64,000 nucleotides of DNA. It comes from Nitrospirota bacterium (GTDB lineage: Bacteria > Nitrospirota > UBA9217). Under the pieces are notes generated by a model, which saw only the letters and a program-made list of their open reading frames with translations, made no database searches and was not told the DNA's origin. The position numbers and the translations under genes are program-made. Numbering within the stretch: position 1 is the first letter of the stretch; each line of letters begins with the position of its first letter. Below are positions 20,277-30,860 of the stretch, piece after piece. The stretch lies in NCBI GenBank assembly GCA_963740085.1, contig CAVUCU010000001.1:320001-384000 (forward strand). Direction: 5' to 3'.

Positions 20277-21185
20277 TTATATATCCTCGAAATGGGTGAG
20301 TTTCTTGAACTCCCGATACCTGACTTCGATCTCCTTGTAATCCAGGCTCCGGAGCCGGTCAAGACTGAAGGACTCCACGTTCAGCGAAGCCATGACGCTC
20401 CCGAAGATAACAGCCTTTCTCATGCTCTCTTCAGAGAAATTCATAGTGCTCGCCAGATATCCCATAAAACCGCCCGCAAACGAGTCTCCGGCGCCCGTGG
20501 GATCGAACACGGCTTCGAGCGGATATGCGGGAGCACTGAATACGCTGTGGCCGTTGAACATAAGAGCGCCATAGCTTCCCTGCTTTACCACGATCGTCTT
20601 CGGACCCAGGGCCTGCACGCTCTTCGCCGCCCTTACCAGGCTCGATTCTCCGGCAAGTTGTCTTATCTCGGATTCATTGATGGTCAGCAGGTCCACTTCC
20701 TTCAGCGTCCTTTTGAGCGCATCAGGCTTGCTCGATATCCAGTAGTTCATGGTATCGCAGGCCACAAGCTTCGGCTTCTCGACCTGTCGTAAAACGTCGA
20801 ACTGTATCTCCGGGTCTACGTTCGCCAGGAACACGACGTCAGAGTTTTTATAATCTTCCAGAATATCCGGTTTGAAGGTCGCCAGTACATTCAGGTCCGT
20901 GGCGAGGGTATGCGCCTCGTTCAGATCGTAACCGTACTCCCCTTTCCAGCGAAAAGTCTCGCCCTTCTGGACCTCAAGACCCCTCGTGTCGATATTTTTA
21001 CTCTTGAGAAATTGTATGTGTTCCCTGGGAAAATCCTCGCCGATCACCGCCACAAGCCGGACATCGGCAAAATAGCTCGCTGAGGTTGAGAAATAGGTGG
21101 CTGAGCCTCCGAGGGCGTTATCCACTTTTCCAAACGGGGTCTTGACCGAATCGAGCGCAACCGTTCCGACGACAAGCAAACTCAC
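20277..21185 (-). CDS. PfkB family carbohydrate/nucleoside kinase
   Basis: LGGSA and DPTGAGDSFAGG motifs. Confidence 0.9.
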   Translation of the reverse strand: MSLLVVGTVALDSVKTPFGKVDNALGGSATYFSTSASYFADVRLVAVIGEDFPREHIQFLKSKNIDTRGLEVQKGETFRWKGEYGYDLNEAHTLATDLNVLATFKPDILEDYKNSDVVFLANVDPEIQFDVLRQVEKPKLVACDTMNYWISSKPDALKRTLKEVDLLTINESEIRQLAGESSLVRAAKSVQALGPKTIVVKQGSYGALMFNGHSVFSAPAYPLEAVFDPTGAGDSFAGGFMGYLASTMNFSEESMRKAVIFGSVMASLNVESFSLDRLRSLDYKEIEVRYREFKKLTHFEDI

Positions 21186-21218
21186 CTAAACAAGACCTCC
21201 GCAGGATATTTGAAACCT

Positions 21219-21286
21219 ACCACTGAGACGCAGAGACACAGAGTCTATCATTCCTACAGCGGAAAGAAACCTCCGTGTCTCTGTGG
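21219..21286. repeat. Paired inverted-repeat element (cacagag arms)
   Basis: accactgagacgcagagacacagag / ctccgtgtctctgtgg. Confidence 0.75.
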
Positions 21287-21306
21287 CGAATAATAAGGTT
21301 CGGCCT

Positions 21307-22197
21307 TTATTTTTTCTTCATGTACTTCCCGATGATCGGCGCCAGGTCCCTCTTTGTTTTTGCCGGGATCATTTTTTCCGGCGTCATGATCGCGTTCCGG
21401 AGGGCCTGGCAGCAGTCACAGGACCGTGACCCGCCCAGGATGCGGACAGCCTCTCGGATCAGCGACTTAGAAGTCTCAATATTGCGCCTCATCACCTCAA
21501 GAACGGCCTCGACAGTCACCGTCTCTTCGCTGTGGTGCCAGCAATCGTAGTCCGTGGCAAGGGCGATGGTGCTGTAGCAGAGCTCGGCTTCGCGGGCCAG
21601 CTTGGCCTCGGTAGCGTTCGTCATGCCAATGACATCCACGTTCCAGGTGCGGTAGATAAGGGACTCGGCCCGCGTCGAGAATTGCGGCCCCTCCATGCAG
21701 AGGTAGGTCCCGCCCTTGTGAACCGTTGCCCCCATCCTCGAACCGGCTTCGATGAGTACTGAGCTGAGATGGGCACAAACGGGATCTGCCATGCCCACAT
21801 GGGCCACGACGCCGTTGCCAAAGAACGTGCTCCGTCTCTGTTTCGTATGGTCGTAGAATTGATCCGGGATCACGATGTCGCCGGGCTTGACCTCTTCTTT
21901 CATGCTGCCAACGGCGCTCACCGAGATAATGCGTTCCGCGCCGAGCTTTTTCATACCATAGATATTTGCCCGGTAGTTGATGTCCGTCGGCATGATGCGA
22001 TGCCCTCTGCCGTGTCTGGGCAGGAAGGCTATCCGCGTGCCGTGAAGGGTACCGATAATATACTCGTCCGAGGGCTTGCCGAAGGGCGTCACCATCCTGA
22101 CGGTTTTGATTTGTGTCAACCCCTCCATGTCATACAAGCCGCTGCCGCCGATCACGCCGATACTGATCTTTTCCGTTTTTGAAGACCGCCTTACCAT
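21307..22197 (-). CDS. mtnP: S-methyl-5'-thioadenosine phosphorylase
   Basis: IGGSGLY, PRHG.GH, EGPQFSTRAES, IGMT and TDYDCW motifs. Confidence 0.95.
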   Translation of the reverse strand: MVRRSSKTEKISIGVIGGSGLYDMEGLTQIKTVRMVTPFGKPSDEYIIGTLHGTRIAFLPRHGRGHRIMPTDINYRANIYGMKKLGAERIISVSAVGSMKEEVKPGDIVIPDQFYDHTKQRRSTFFGNGVVAHVGMADPVCAHLSSVLIEAGSRMGATVHKGGTYLCMEGPQFSTRAESLIYRTWNVDVIGMTNATEAKLAREAELCYSTIALATDYDCWHHSEETVTVEAVLEVMRRNIETSKSLIREAVRILGGSRSCDCCQALRNAIMTPEKMIPAKTKRDLAPIIGKYMKKK

Positions 22198-22223
22198 GAA
22201 ATAAGATCCCTTAGAAATGCAGG

Positions 22224-22297
22224 GGACGCAGACTTTCGCAGATCAACGCAGCTGGTACAATGATTGTACGTCCGCATTTCGGCACATAGCTGCGTCC
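22224..22297. repeat. Paired inverted-repeat element (cgcagat 10-nt units)
   Basis: ggacgcagactttcgcagatcaacgcag / ...gctgcgtcc. Confidence 0.6.
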
Positions 22298-22316
22298 AAA
22301 CATTTGTTTTGTTGTT

Positions 22317-22583
22317 TCAGCCCTGCACCGCACCCTGCTCTGCTTCTTTTTTCATCTCCACGGCTTCCATAAATTCCACCGGCTTATCGGGGATGATGGT
22401 TGAGATGGCGTGTTTGTAAACAAGCTGTTGGTTCTCCTGTTTCAACAGGATGACGAAGTTATCAAAACCCTTGATCATCCCCGTGAGACGCGCGCCGTTG
22501 ACGAGATACATCGTTACGGGGATCTTCTCCTTGCGCATCTGATTTAAAAAAATGTCCTGGAGATTTACCTGCGACTTGCCCAT
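22317..22583 (-). CDS. hfq: RNA chaperone Hfq
   Basis: [13 protein letters not shown] and YKHAISTI motifs. Downstream of miaA. Confidence 0.97.
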   Translation of the reverse strand: MGKSQVNLQDIFLNQMRKEKIPVTMYLVNGARLTGMIKGFDNFVILLKQENQQLVYKHAISTIIPDKPVEFMEAVEMKKEAEQGAVQG

Positions 22584-22656
22584 CCAGCCCTCCGAGAAGC
22601 CGTCATCAGCGTGCTGCATAGCTTTCCTGCGCCGTGACTTGATAATTTGGGTAATC

Positions 22657-23604
22657 TTATACTACCTTGTTTGAAATTTCAATGTTTTTCTTTATTCTCT
22701 CAAGGATTTCACCGGCATCCACGAGGCCCGTAACGTCTATCCAGACCGCCTCCGGCTCGCGGCGGAACCAGGTGAACTGACGCTTGGCAAACCGCCTTGT
22801 ATCGCGTTTGAGGATCGCCACTGCGTCCTCACGGGACGTCTTGCCCAGGAAGTAGTCGAGAAAGTGTTTGTATCCCAGACCCAGCATGGAGGAAAGTCCG
22901 TGATTATATCCGCGTTCCATCAGCGTTCTCACCTCCTCTTCTAGCCCTGCTGCGATCATCTGGTCCACGCGCTGTTCGATGCGTGCGTACAGTTCGCTCC
23001 TGCTCCTCACCATGAACAGAAGGCGGAACCGGTACGGTCTGTCCTGGAACGAGTGCTCCCGCTGAAAATCCGAGAGCTTTCTGTCGCGCAGATAATACAC
23101 CTCGAGCGCCCTTACCGTGCGCCGGAGATCGTTCGGATGGATCTTGACCGCTGCCTCGGGATCGACCTTCACTAGGTCGGCATAGAGGGCCCCGGCCTCT
23201 CCTTCGGCCTCACGCTGCAGCAATCGCTCGCGCAGGTCGAGGTCTGCGGGAGGCCCATGGAACAGACCCTTCATGAGCGCACGGACATACAAACCCGTAC
23301 CGCCGACCACGACGGGCGTACCGCCGGATGCAAGGATCCCGGCGATGGCAGCCCGTGCATCACGGAGGTAATCACCGACGCTGTAGGGTTGATCGGGAGC
23401 CACGATGTCGATCATATGATGGTACACGATCTTTCGCTGTTCCGGGGTGGGTTTGGCAGTACCGATGTCCATGCCGCGGTAGATCTGCATGGAATCGGCG
23501 CTCACGATCTCAGCACCGAGCTCCCGGGCGAGTTGGATGGACACATCGGTCTTGCCCACGGCAGTAGGCCCGGCAATGACAAGGATGGGTTTTTCGTTTG
23601 ACAT
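22657..23604 (-). CDS. miaA: tRNA dimethylallyltransferase
   Basis: [24 protein letters not shown] and AKRQ.TWFR motifs. Confidence 0.97.
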   Translation of the reverse strand: MSNEKPILVIAGPTAVGKTDVSIQLARELGAEIVSADSMQIYRGMDIGTAKPTPEQRKIVYHHMIDIVAPDQPYSVGDYLRDARAAIAGILASGGTPVVVGGTGLYVRALMKGLFHGPPADLDLRERLLQREAEGEAGALYADLVKVDPEAAVKIHPNDLRRTVRALEVYYLRDRKLSDFQREHSFQDRPYRFRLLFMVRSRSELYARIEQRVDQMIAAGLEEEVRTLMERGYNHGLSSMLGLGYKHFLDYFLGKTSREDAVAILKRDTRRFAKRQFTWFRREPEAVWIDVTGLVDAGEILERIKKNIEISNKVV

Positions 23605-23632
23605 AGATTAATCCTAAAAACAGCAGTTGCTC

Positions 23633-23759
23633 TTGGCTGCAAAGAACACAAAGAAACGCAAAAAAGAAAAAACTTAAACGCGTTCACCTTCTTGGCAATA
23701 CAGCTTTCCTTGCAAAAGGTCTTATTTATCTCTGTGATCTCTGCGTTCTTTGAGGTTAA
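23633..23759. repeat. Paired inverted-repeat element (subfamily shared with 44215)
   Basis: ttggctgcaaagaacacaaaga / tctctgtgatctctgcgttctttgaggttaa. Confidence 0.75.
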
Positions 23760-23773
23760 CTGATCTTTTAAGG

Positions 23774-24184
23774 CTAATGAGTTATGACTTCGATCGGGAA
23801 TTCGTTCTTTCTCCAACCCCTCATGCTTCCTTCAAGGGAATACACCTTTTCATAGCCGGATAGATACAAAGATATCCCGGCGATGCCGGCGCGCGGACCA
23901 TGTTCGCAATAGAGAACGATGGGGTCTGTTTTTGGATATCCCAGACCTTTCAGACCGGAACCGATCGAGTAAAACGGGATATGCACAGCGCCCGGCACAT
24001 GGTCGCGGTCGTATTCACCCTGCGAGCGGACATCCACGACCAGCGGCGGCTTCTCTGTCATCATTTGCCCGAGGAGATCATCACGAGTGATGTTCGTAGC
24101 GCAGCCGGCAGCGGGAGCACTGATGGCGAGCGCAAGGCAAACCAGTATAAGGGTGGAACATCGATGCTTTCGAAAATTCGACAT
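23774..24184 (-). CDS. Exported rhodanese-like protein
   Basis: VVDVRS..EY...HVPGA and LYCEHGPRA active loop, LEG..RGW, N-terminal signal with AGC lipobox. Confidence 0.85.
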   Translation of the reverse strand: MSNFRKHRCSTLILVCLALAISAPAAGCATNITRDDLLGQMMTEKPPLVVDVRSQGEYDRDHVPGAVHIPFYSIGSGLKGLGYPKTDPIVLYCEHGPRAGIAGISLYLSGYEKVYSLEGSMRGWRKNEFPIEVITH

Positions 24185-24230
24185 CTGACTTATCTCTCAA
24201 TAAATACCGGGAAACCGCTTTACCGGACAA

Positions 24231-26006
24231 CTACATCCTCTTGAACATCTTCATGATCTCGGTCATCGTAAATCGAACGATCGTCGGCCTCCCGTGCGGA
24301 CAGGTATGCGGCATGCGGCATTTGAACAGGTCCGCAAGGAGCATTTCCATCTCCTGCCGGTCGAGATGACGATGAACCTTGATCGCGGGATGGCAGGCCA
24401 TCACACTCAGCATTGCATCCCGTACCTCATCCATTCTCCCGCTCTTGCCATGGACATTCACTTCATCGAGGATATCGAGAAGCAACTGCTTGATGTCGGC
24501 TCCGACCAGCAGCGCCGGTACCGCCTTGATCACGAACGTGCCATTCCCGAAATCCTCCACCAGAAAACCGAGTTTGGAAAGTTCCGGCAGATATTCAGCA
24601 AGCACCGTGCTCTGTGCCGGCCCGAGCTCAACCTGGTCCGGCACCAGGAGCCCCTGGACAGCAACGTGTCCGGCTTTGAACTGGTCCTGCAGCCTTTCGA
24701 AAAGCACCCGCTCGTGCGCCGCATGCTGATCAATGAGCGCCATCCCCTCCCGTGACTGGGCAACGATGAACGAGTCGTGGATCTGTGCGAGAGGGTGGAG
24801 AAGTTCGGAGTTCAGAGTTGGGAGTTCGGAGTATGAAGCGAAGGAAACGGGAGCAGTGGAATATTCCAATTCCCGGTTCTGCGCTTGTTCGGCAGATTTT
24901 GGAACAGCATTCCTGGTGTCCCAACTCCGGACTCCGAACTCCGAACTTTTTACATTGCTCAGGTAATCCGACAAACTTTCTCTCACCCCATCAGCATGCG
25001 TCGTCGCAGAAGAAGTATTCACCCCCCGCAAAGCCTCCCGGAGCACGTCCCGGACCAGGTCATGCAATTGCGATTGATTTCGGAAGCGGACCTCGGCCTT
25101 GGCTGGATGGACATTTACATCCACGAGCGTTGGATCGATCTCGATAAAGATGAAAGCCACAGGGTGCCGGCCGCGCATAAGCATGTCACCGCAGGCACTG
25201 TAGAGCGCGTGCGTGAGCGACGGGTTCTTGACCGCGCGACGGTTCACGAAGAATTCCTGGTATGTTTTGTCCGCCCGGCTCGTTCCGGGACGGCCGATGA
25301 GGCCTTTGACATGAACGTCCGTGCCACCGGCGAACTCGATCAGGTTTCCGGCTATTTCTTCACCGTAAAGCTGGAGCGCCCGTTCCCGGACGCTCACGGA
25401 GGGAGAAAGTTCGAGCACCGTTTTTTTGTTATGCGTAAGTCTGAAACGGACGGAAGGCTGCGCCATTGCCTGGCGAGATACCGCGGTCAGGATATGTGAG
25501 AACTCGGTCGCCGGGCTCTTCAGGAACTTGCGTCTCGCCGGAGTATTGAAAAACAGATGGCTGATCTCCAGGGAGGTACCCTGCGGCGCAGCAGCTTCGG
25601 ACACGGTCTTGACGATACCGCCCTCGATCTCGATCAGCGCACCAGACGTCGCGTCCTTCATCGCGCTCTGCAGCCGTACGTGGGACACCGAGGCAATGCT
25701 GGAGAGGGCCTCTCCCCGAAAGCCCATGGTACGAATGGATTCCAGGTCGGTATCGCTGGTTATCTTGCTCGTGGCGTGGCGCAGGAATGCGGTCCGGGCG
25801 TCCTCGTTCGACATGCCGCTGCCGTTGTCCGTAATGCGGATGAGCCGCTTGCCGGCCTCTTCGATGTCGATGAATATTTGGGTCGCCCCTGCGTCGATCG
25901 AGTTCTCGATAAGTTCCTTTACCACGGACGCGGGCCGCTCCACCACCTCGCCCGCGGCGATCTTATTGATGACATGGTCAGGGAGAATTTTGATTAGGGA
26001 GGACAT
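24231..26006 (-). CDS. mutL: DNA mismatch repair endonuclease MutL
   Basis: IAAGEVVERPASVVKEL, GFRGEAL, DQHAAHER and CPHGRP motifs. Confidence 0.97.
   Translation of the reverse strand: MSSLIKILPDHVINKIAAGEVVERPASVVKELIENSIDAGATQIFIDIEEAGKRLIRITDNGSGMSNEDARTAFLRHATSKITSDTDLESIRTMGFRGEALSSIASVSHVRLQSAMKDATSGALIEIEGGIVKTVSEAAAPQGTSLEISHLFFNTPARRKFLKSPATEFSHILTAVSRQAMAQPSVRFRLTHNKKTVLELSPSVSVRERALQLYGEEIAGNLIEFAGGTDVHVKGLIGRPGTSRADKTYQEFFVNRRAVKNPSLTHALYSACGDMLMRGRHPVAFIFIEIDPTLVDVNVHPAKAEVRFRNQSQLHDLVRDVLREALRGVNTSSATTHADGVRESLSDYLSNVKSSEFGVRSWDTRNAVPKSAEQAQNRELEYSTAPVSFASYSELPTLNSELLHPLAQIHDSFIVAQSREGMALIDQHAAHERVLFERLQDQFKAGHVAVQGLLVPDQVELGPAQSTVLAEYLPELSKLGFLVEDFGNGTFVIKAVPALLVGADIKQLLLDILDEVNVHGKSGRMDEVRDAMLSVMACHPAIKVHRHLDRQEMEMLLADLFKCRMPHTCPHGRPTIVRFTMTEIMKMFKRM
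24802..24947. repeat. Inverted heptamer arrays inside the mutL linker
   Basis: (gagttcg)n at 24802-24832 faces (aactccg)n at 24922-24947. The frame is preserved. Confidence 0.8.
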
Positions 26007-26011
26007 ATAAA

Positions 26012-26084
26012 TTCAGGGTTCAGGAGACAGTCTTCCGGAGACAGGAGAAATCAGTTCACTTCTGACTTCTGGCTCCTGACGTCT
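26012..26084. repeat. Inverted heptamer arrays (caggaga / tctgact)
   Basis: ttcaggagacag...ggagacaggag faces cttctgacttctggctcctgac. Confidence 0.7.
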
Positions 26085-26089
26085 ACTTA

Positions 26090-27424
26090 TCAATATTGCA
26101 GCTTCGCCTTTTCCTGGTCAGCGACAACGATGATCGCCATGGCATCGGGATGGAGGTATTTTACGGCAACCCGTTGGATGTCTTCTCTCGTAACCGCGTT
26201 TATCACGTTCGGATATTTGATCGGGTAATCGAGCCCGAGATTAAAGATCTCGATCGAGGTGAGCATCCCCGCTATTTTGGCAGAAGTATCCATCTTGAGG
26301 GGGAAGCTGCCCGTAAGATAAGCCTTTGCATCATTCAGCTCCTTCTCCGAAACCGGTTCCGCCTGGATCCTCCTGATCTCCTTAAGCGTCTCAGCGATCA
26401 CGGCATTCGCCGATTCGTTCTTGGTCTGGATGGTGACCATGAACGAACCCGGTTCCTTCTGGGCCGCAAAACCGCTGCGCACGTCATAGGCCAGCCCCTT
26501 GTTGTCCCGGATGTTGTCCATGAGGCGCGAAGAGAAACCGCCGCTGCCCAGGATGTAGTTCATGACCGACACCGCGTAATAGTCGGGGTTCTCCCTGCTG
26601 ATGCCGATGTGCCCCATGGCGATGTTCGCCTGGGTGACTCTTTTGTCGATCTTCTTCACGAAGGTCTTCTCTATGACCGGCGGCGGAACGGATGCCGGCA
26701 GGGGCAGGTCCTTCTTCTTCCATGATTTAAAATATTTATTCAACAACGGCACGATCTCTTTTTCGCTCACGTCGCCGACCACGGCGATGATGGCATTGTT
26801 CGGGCTGTAGCGTGATGAGTAGAAGCGCGTGATGTCCTGACGGGTGAGCTTCGGTAAATAGGCCGCCACGTCATCGCTGGTCCTGCCGTAGGCATTCCCG
26901 CCGAAAACCGCTTTATCGAATGCCTCGTCCGCCACGATCCCGGGCTCTTCCTTCTGGCGTTGGATCTCCGCGAGCGTTTCCTTTATCTTGCGGTCGATCT
27001 CCTGCTGGTCAAAGACCGGGTGCATGAGCACGTCCGAGAAAAGATCCAGTCCTTTGCGAATGTCCCTGGTGAGCACACGAAGACTTGCAGAAGCGAAGTC
27101 GTTCCCGCCCGAGGCCGAGAGCGAGCCGCCGATGAAGTCGATCTCGCGGCTTATCTGGGTTGCCGTCCGCTTCGTCGTCCCCTGCGTGAGGAGCGACGCG
27201 GTGATCGAGGCGAGCCCCGGCTCGTCGGCGGGCACGGACGTACTCCCCGCCCTGACCACCATGTTCATGGTAACAACCGGGATGTCGTGCTTTTCGGCAA
27301 GAAGAAGGACCATGCCGTTCTCAAGCGGGATGCGTTTGCCGAGCGGCTCGGCTGAATATCCGGTTCGCGCGAATTGAACGATAAATATGAATATCAAAAA
27401 TAAAATATAGTTTCGTTGCTTCAT
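26090..27424 (-). CDS. M16 family peptidase, non-catalytic subunit
   Basis: M16 fold motifs (LG.GGFSSRL...IR..KGLAY), no HxxEH, signal peptide. Confidence 0.88.
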   Translation of the reverse strand: MKQRNYILFLIFIFIVQFARTGYSAEPLGKRIPLENGMVLLLAEKHDIPVVTMNMVVRAGSTSVPADEPGLASITASLLTQGTTKRTATQISREIDFIGGSLSASGGNDFASASLRVLTRDIRKGLDLFSDVLMHPVFDQQEIDRKIKETLAEIQRQKEEPGIVADEAFDKAVFGGNAYGRTSDDVAAYLPKLTRQDITRFYSSRYSPNNAIIAVVGDVSEKEIVPLLNKYFKSWKKKDLPLPASVPPPVIEKTFVKKIDKRVTQANIAMGHIGISRENPDYYAVSVMNYILGSGGFSSRLMDNIRDNKGLAYDVRSGFAAQKEPGSFMVTIQTKNESANAVIAETLKEIRRIQAEPVSEKELNDAKAYLTGSFPLKMDTSAKIAGMLTSIEIFNLGLDYPIKYPNVINAVTREDIQRVAVKYLHPDAMAIIVVADQEKAKLQY

Positions 27425-27457
27425 CGTATGGCCCTCTCCGTCAATTTCAAACGATCC

Positions 27458-28823
27458 TTACTCTTTTTTCTTCCGTCCTACGATCTCACCCTGTTCCTGA
27501 TTTTTTTCTTTCAGCGGGATCAAGATCCCCACCGTCCTGTTGTCTTCGGAGAAATATTCCTTCGCAACCCTCATCACATCGTCTTTGCTCACTGCGCGGA
27601 TATTATCCACATACTTCTCGAGCAGTTTCCAGCTTGCAACGCTCTCGAACTGGCCCAGCAGCATTGCCTGATTGAAAACCGAGTCCTGACCCATGATGAA
27701 GCTGGCCTCGATCTGGTTCTTGGCCTTTTGCAGTTCTTCGTCCGTGACGAGATCGGTCTTGAATCTGTCGATCTCCGCGTACAAGGCATTTTCCACCTCG
27801 TCCGTGGTCTTACCCGGCATCACACCGGCATAGAGGTAGAACAGGTTCGGGTCAGCCGAAACATTGTCATAATCGCCTCCTGCATAGAGCGCGATCTGTT
27901 TTTCATAGACGAGCGACTTGTAGAGCCGGGAGCTTTTCCCTGACGAAAGGACGCCCTGCAGGACCTCAAGAGCGTACGAGTCGGGATGTTTCAGCGTCGG
28001 GACATTATATCCGGCAAAGACGGCGGGGAGTTCAGCCTGTCTTTTTACGACAACCCTCCGTTCTCCGAGATGCTTAGGTTCGACAGCGTCGACCCTCCGC
28101 GTTTCCGGCCCGCGCGGTATACTCCCGAAGTATTTCTCGATCAAGGGAAGCAAGGTCTTCGGATCAATATCGCCCGCAACGACAATCGTGGCGTTGTTTG
28201 GCTCATAGTATGCACGATAGTGGCGGTAGAGGTCGTCGCGTGTGAAACTGCTGATGTCCGCCATCCAGCCGATCACCGGCCACTGGTAGGGATGGGCGCT
28301 GAAGGCAACGGACATCATCTGCTCGACCATGCTGTTGACGGGATCGTCGTCAGTCCGCATGCGGCGCTCTTCCTTCACCACATCGCGCTCGGATAAAAAC
28401 TCCTTGGGGTCGATCAGCAGGTCCTGCATGCGGTCGGATTCGAGGTCGAGGGCGATCCCGATCCGGTCCGAGGCGAAGGTCTCGAAATACGCCGTGTAAT
28501 CGTGGGACGTGAACGCGTTGTCGTTCCCGCCGTTCCGCTGGACGGTCTGGGAGAATGTCTTGGGGCCGTATTTCTTCGTCCCCTTGAACATCATGTGTTC
28601 AAGCATATGGGACAGTCCTGTTTTTCCGAGGCACTCGTTGCGCGATCCTACTCTGTACCAGATCTGGAACGTAGCTACCGGCGCCTTGTGCATCTCCTTC
28701 AGGAGCACCTTAAGCCCGTTCGGCAGGACCTTCTCGGTGACCTTGAGGTCCTGTGCAAAGGATGTTTGTCGCCGAAGACAGCCACGATACAGCAACCATG
28801 ATAAACATTCGTATCAGACACAT
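27458..28823 (-). CDS. M16 family zinc peptidase, catalytic subunit (1-nt frameshift in signal peptide at about 28765)
   Basis: HMLEHMMFKG and NAFTS motifs. Removing one A restores MCLIRMFIMVAVSWLSSATTSFAQDLK. Confidence 0.88.
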
Positions 28824-28840
28824 ATGTTGTTTATCCTGAT

Positions 28841-28970
28841 CAAATTCCAATTTCCAAATCTCAAATCACAAATAATATCCAAATCCCAAATCCCAAAGCC
28901 CAAACGCTTGGTTCATTGAAATTTCGTCTATTGGTCATTCTTTGGCATTTGTTATTTGCTATTTGGTGCT
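28841..28970. repeat. Inverted heptamer arrays (caaatcc type) overlapping the dut stop codon
   Basis: caaattccaatttccaaatctcaaatcacaaa... faces ...tttgttatttgctatttggtgct. Confidence 0.8.
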
Positions 28971-29426
28971 TGCTTCACGCCCCGTATGCCCGAACCCGCC
29001 GGCTCCGCGTGGGGTCCCGGCAAGGGCGTCCACCGTGACGAACTTCGCTTTCTCATACCGGGCGAAAATCAGCTGCGCGATCCGGTCACCGCGGTTGATC
29101 GTGAACGGCTTATCGCTGAAATTGAACAGGAGGATACCGATCTCTCCGCGATAGTCGGCGTCGATCGTTCCGGGCGCGTTCAGCATGCCGATGCCGTGCT
29201 TGAGCGAAAGCCCGCTGCGGGGTCGAACCTGCCCCTCATGTCCTTCGGGAATGGCAACGGCGATCCCGGTGGGAATGAGCCTCCACGTTCCGGCATCGAG
29301 AATGACCTCACGTTCCACCGCTGCATAGAGATCGACGCCCGCGGAGTGTTCGGTCTGATAGTGAGGGATCGGAAGACCTTCAGCGTTTTTGAGTTGTGTT
29401 ATGTGAACGATAAGACGCTCGGGCAT
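28959..29426 (-). CDS. dut: dUTP diphosphatase
   Basis: AGVDL, RPRSGL, GTIDADYRGE, GDRIAQ and RGAGGFGHTG motifs. Confidence 0.97.
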   Translation of the reverse strand: MPERLIVHITQLKNAEGLPIPHYQTEHSAGVDLYAAVEREVILDAGTWRLIPTGIAVAIPEGHEGQVRPRSGLSLKHGIGMLNAPGTIDADYRGEIGILLFNFSDKPFTINRGDRIAQLIFARYEKAKFVTVDALAGTPRGAGGFGHTGREASTK

Positions 29427-29439
29427 ATTTTTAAAAAGT

Positions 29440-29503
29440 AGTCAGGAGCCAGAATTCAGAAGCCAGAAGAAATCGCATCGAGGTGAAGTCCTCCTGACTC
29501 CTG
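29440..29503. repeat. Inverted heptamer arrays (agtcagg / cctgact)
   Basis: agtcaggagccagaattcagaagccagaag faces ctcctgactcctg. Confidence 0.75.
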
Positions 29504-29506
29504 TGT

Positions 29507-30763
29507 TTAAATCTCCAAAACCCCATCCGGGACATCGGCCTTGTTCAACGGGCCGAGGATGGCAAGTGAAATGTTTTCCCGCGTGAAGAGCTGTCTGGCC
29601 AAGCGTTGCACCTGCTCGGCGGTCACCTTCTCGACACCCTTGATGATCTCGTCCATGGACAGGTACTTGCCGAAGTAGATCTCCTGCCGCGCGAGCCTGC
29701 CCATGTGGCTGGTGCTGCTTTCGAGCGAAAGGACAAGACTTCCCTTGATCTGGTTCCTCACCCTCGTTTCTTCCGCGGGCGTGATCCCTTCATCTTTGAT
29801 CTTCCCGAACTCCCTGGTCACGAGACGGACCACTTCAAGCGCGTTCGAGGGATCTGCACCGGCATAGACGGTAAGAAGCCCGGTATCCCGGTACGAGGTC
29901 ACGTAGGAATAGATGGAGTATGCAAGGGCATTCTGCTCACGGATCTCCTGAAACAGGCGCGAGCTCATGCTGTTTCCGAGCACTGTATTGAGCGCCGAGA
30001 TCACAAAGCGGTCTTCGTGCATATAGTGTATGCCCTGGCATCCGATACAGATCTGCACCTGTTCGAGCTGCTTTTTCTTCACCGCTATGGCCCGCGTAAA
30101 GACGGGGGTGACCTCTTTTTTGGCTATGCCGCCTCTCGCAAGTTTCCCGAAACTCGCGTTCAAAAGTTCGATCAGCCGGGCATGCTCGAAATTGCCGGCT
30201 ACGGAAATGACGATCTCCTTCGGGCTGTAATAATCATCGATATAGGAAACGATGTCCTTATGCTTCAGCGCCTTGATGGTGTCCCGGGTCCCCAGGATGG
30301 GACGGCCAAGTGAGTTGTCGGCCCAGACCGTATTGTTAAAAAGCTCGTGGATGTAATCGTCGGGTGTGTCCTCCACACCCTTGATCTCCTCGAGAATGAC
30401 CTTGCGCTCCTTGTCCATCTCCAGGGGATCGAATTTGGAGCCCAAGAGGATGTCCGACAGGATATCGATGGCCACAGGCAGATGCTCATCCACGACCTTG
30501 GCGTAGTAAGTGGTCGTTTCCTGGGAGGTGAAGGCATTCATCTCTCCGCCGATGGAATCCATCTCTATCGCGATATCCTTGGCGGTCCTCTTCTCCGTGC
30601 CTTTAAAGAAGAGGTGTTCGATGAAATGCGAGATGCCGCCGATCTCCTCCGGCTCGTGGCGTGATCCCACCTTCACCCATACGCCGATGGATACGGAGCG
30701 TGACTTGGGAAGGGTTTCGGAGACGACCCTGATCCCGTTCATAAGGGTGTCTTTTCTGTACAT
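29507..30763 (-). CDS. M16 family zinc peptidase (cytoplasmic processing protease type)
   Basis: HFIEHLFFKGT, NAFTS and MSSRLFQEIRE motifs. Confidence 0.92.
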   Translation of the reverse strand: MYRKDTLMNGIRVVSETLPKSRSVSIGVWVKVGSRHEPEEIGGISHFIEHLFFKGTEKRTAKDIAIEMDSIGGEMNAFTSQETTTYYAKVVDEHLPVAIDILSDILLGSKFDPLEMDKERKVILEEIKGVEDTPDDYIHELFNNTVWADNSLGRPILGTRDTIKALKHKDIVSYIDDYYSPKEIVISVAGNFEHARLIELLNASFGKLARGGIAKKEVTPVFTRAIAVKKKQLEQVQICIGCQGIHYMHEDRFVISALNTVLGNSMSSRLFQEIREQNALAYSIYSYVTSYRDTGLLTVYAGADPSNALEVVRLVTREFGKIKDEGITPAEETRVRNQIKGSLVLSLESSTSHMGRLARQEIYFGKYLSMDEIIKGVEKVTAEQVQRLARQLFTRENISLAILGPLNKADVPDGVLEI

Positions 30764-30780
30764 GGAAGCTTCTTTCTTTT

Positions 30781-30854
30781 AACCACAAAGGCACCAAGAC
30801 ACAAAGAACAATCTTTTCACAACCGGCGTTCTTCGTGACTTAGTGCCTTCGCGG
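30781..30854. repeat. Paired inverted-repeat element (cacaaag arms)
   Basis: aaccacaaaggcaccaagacacaaag / cttcgtgacttagtgccttcgcgg. Confidence 0.75.
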
Positions 30855-30860
30855 AAATAA

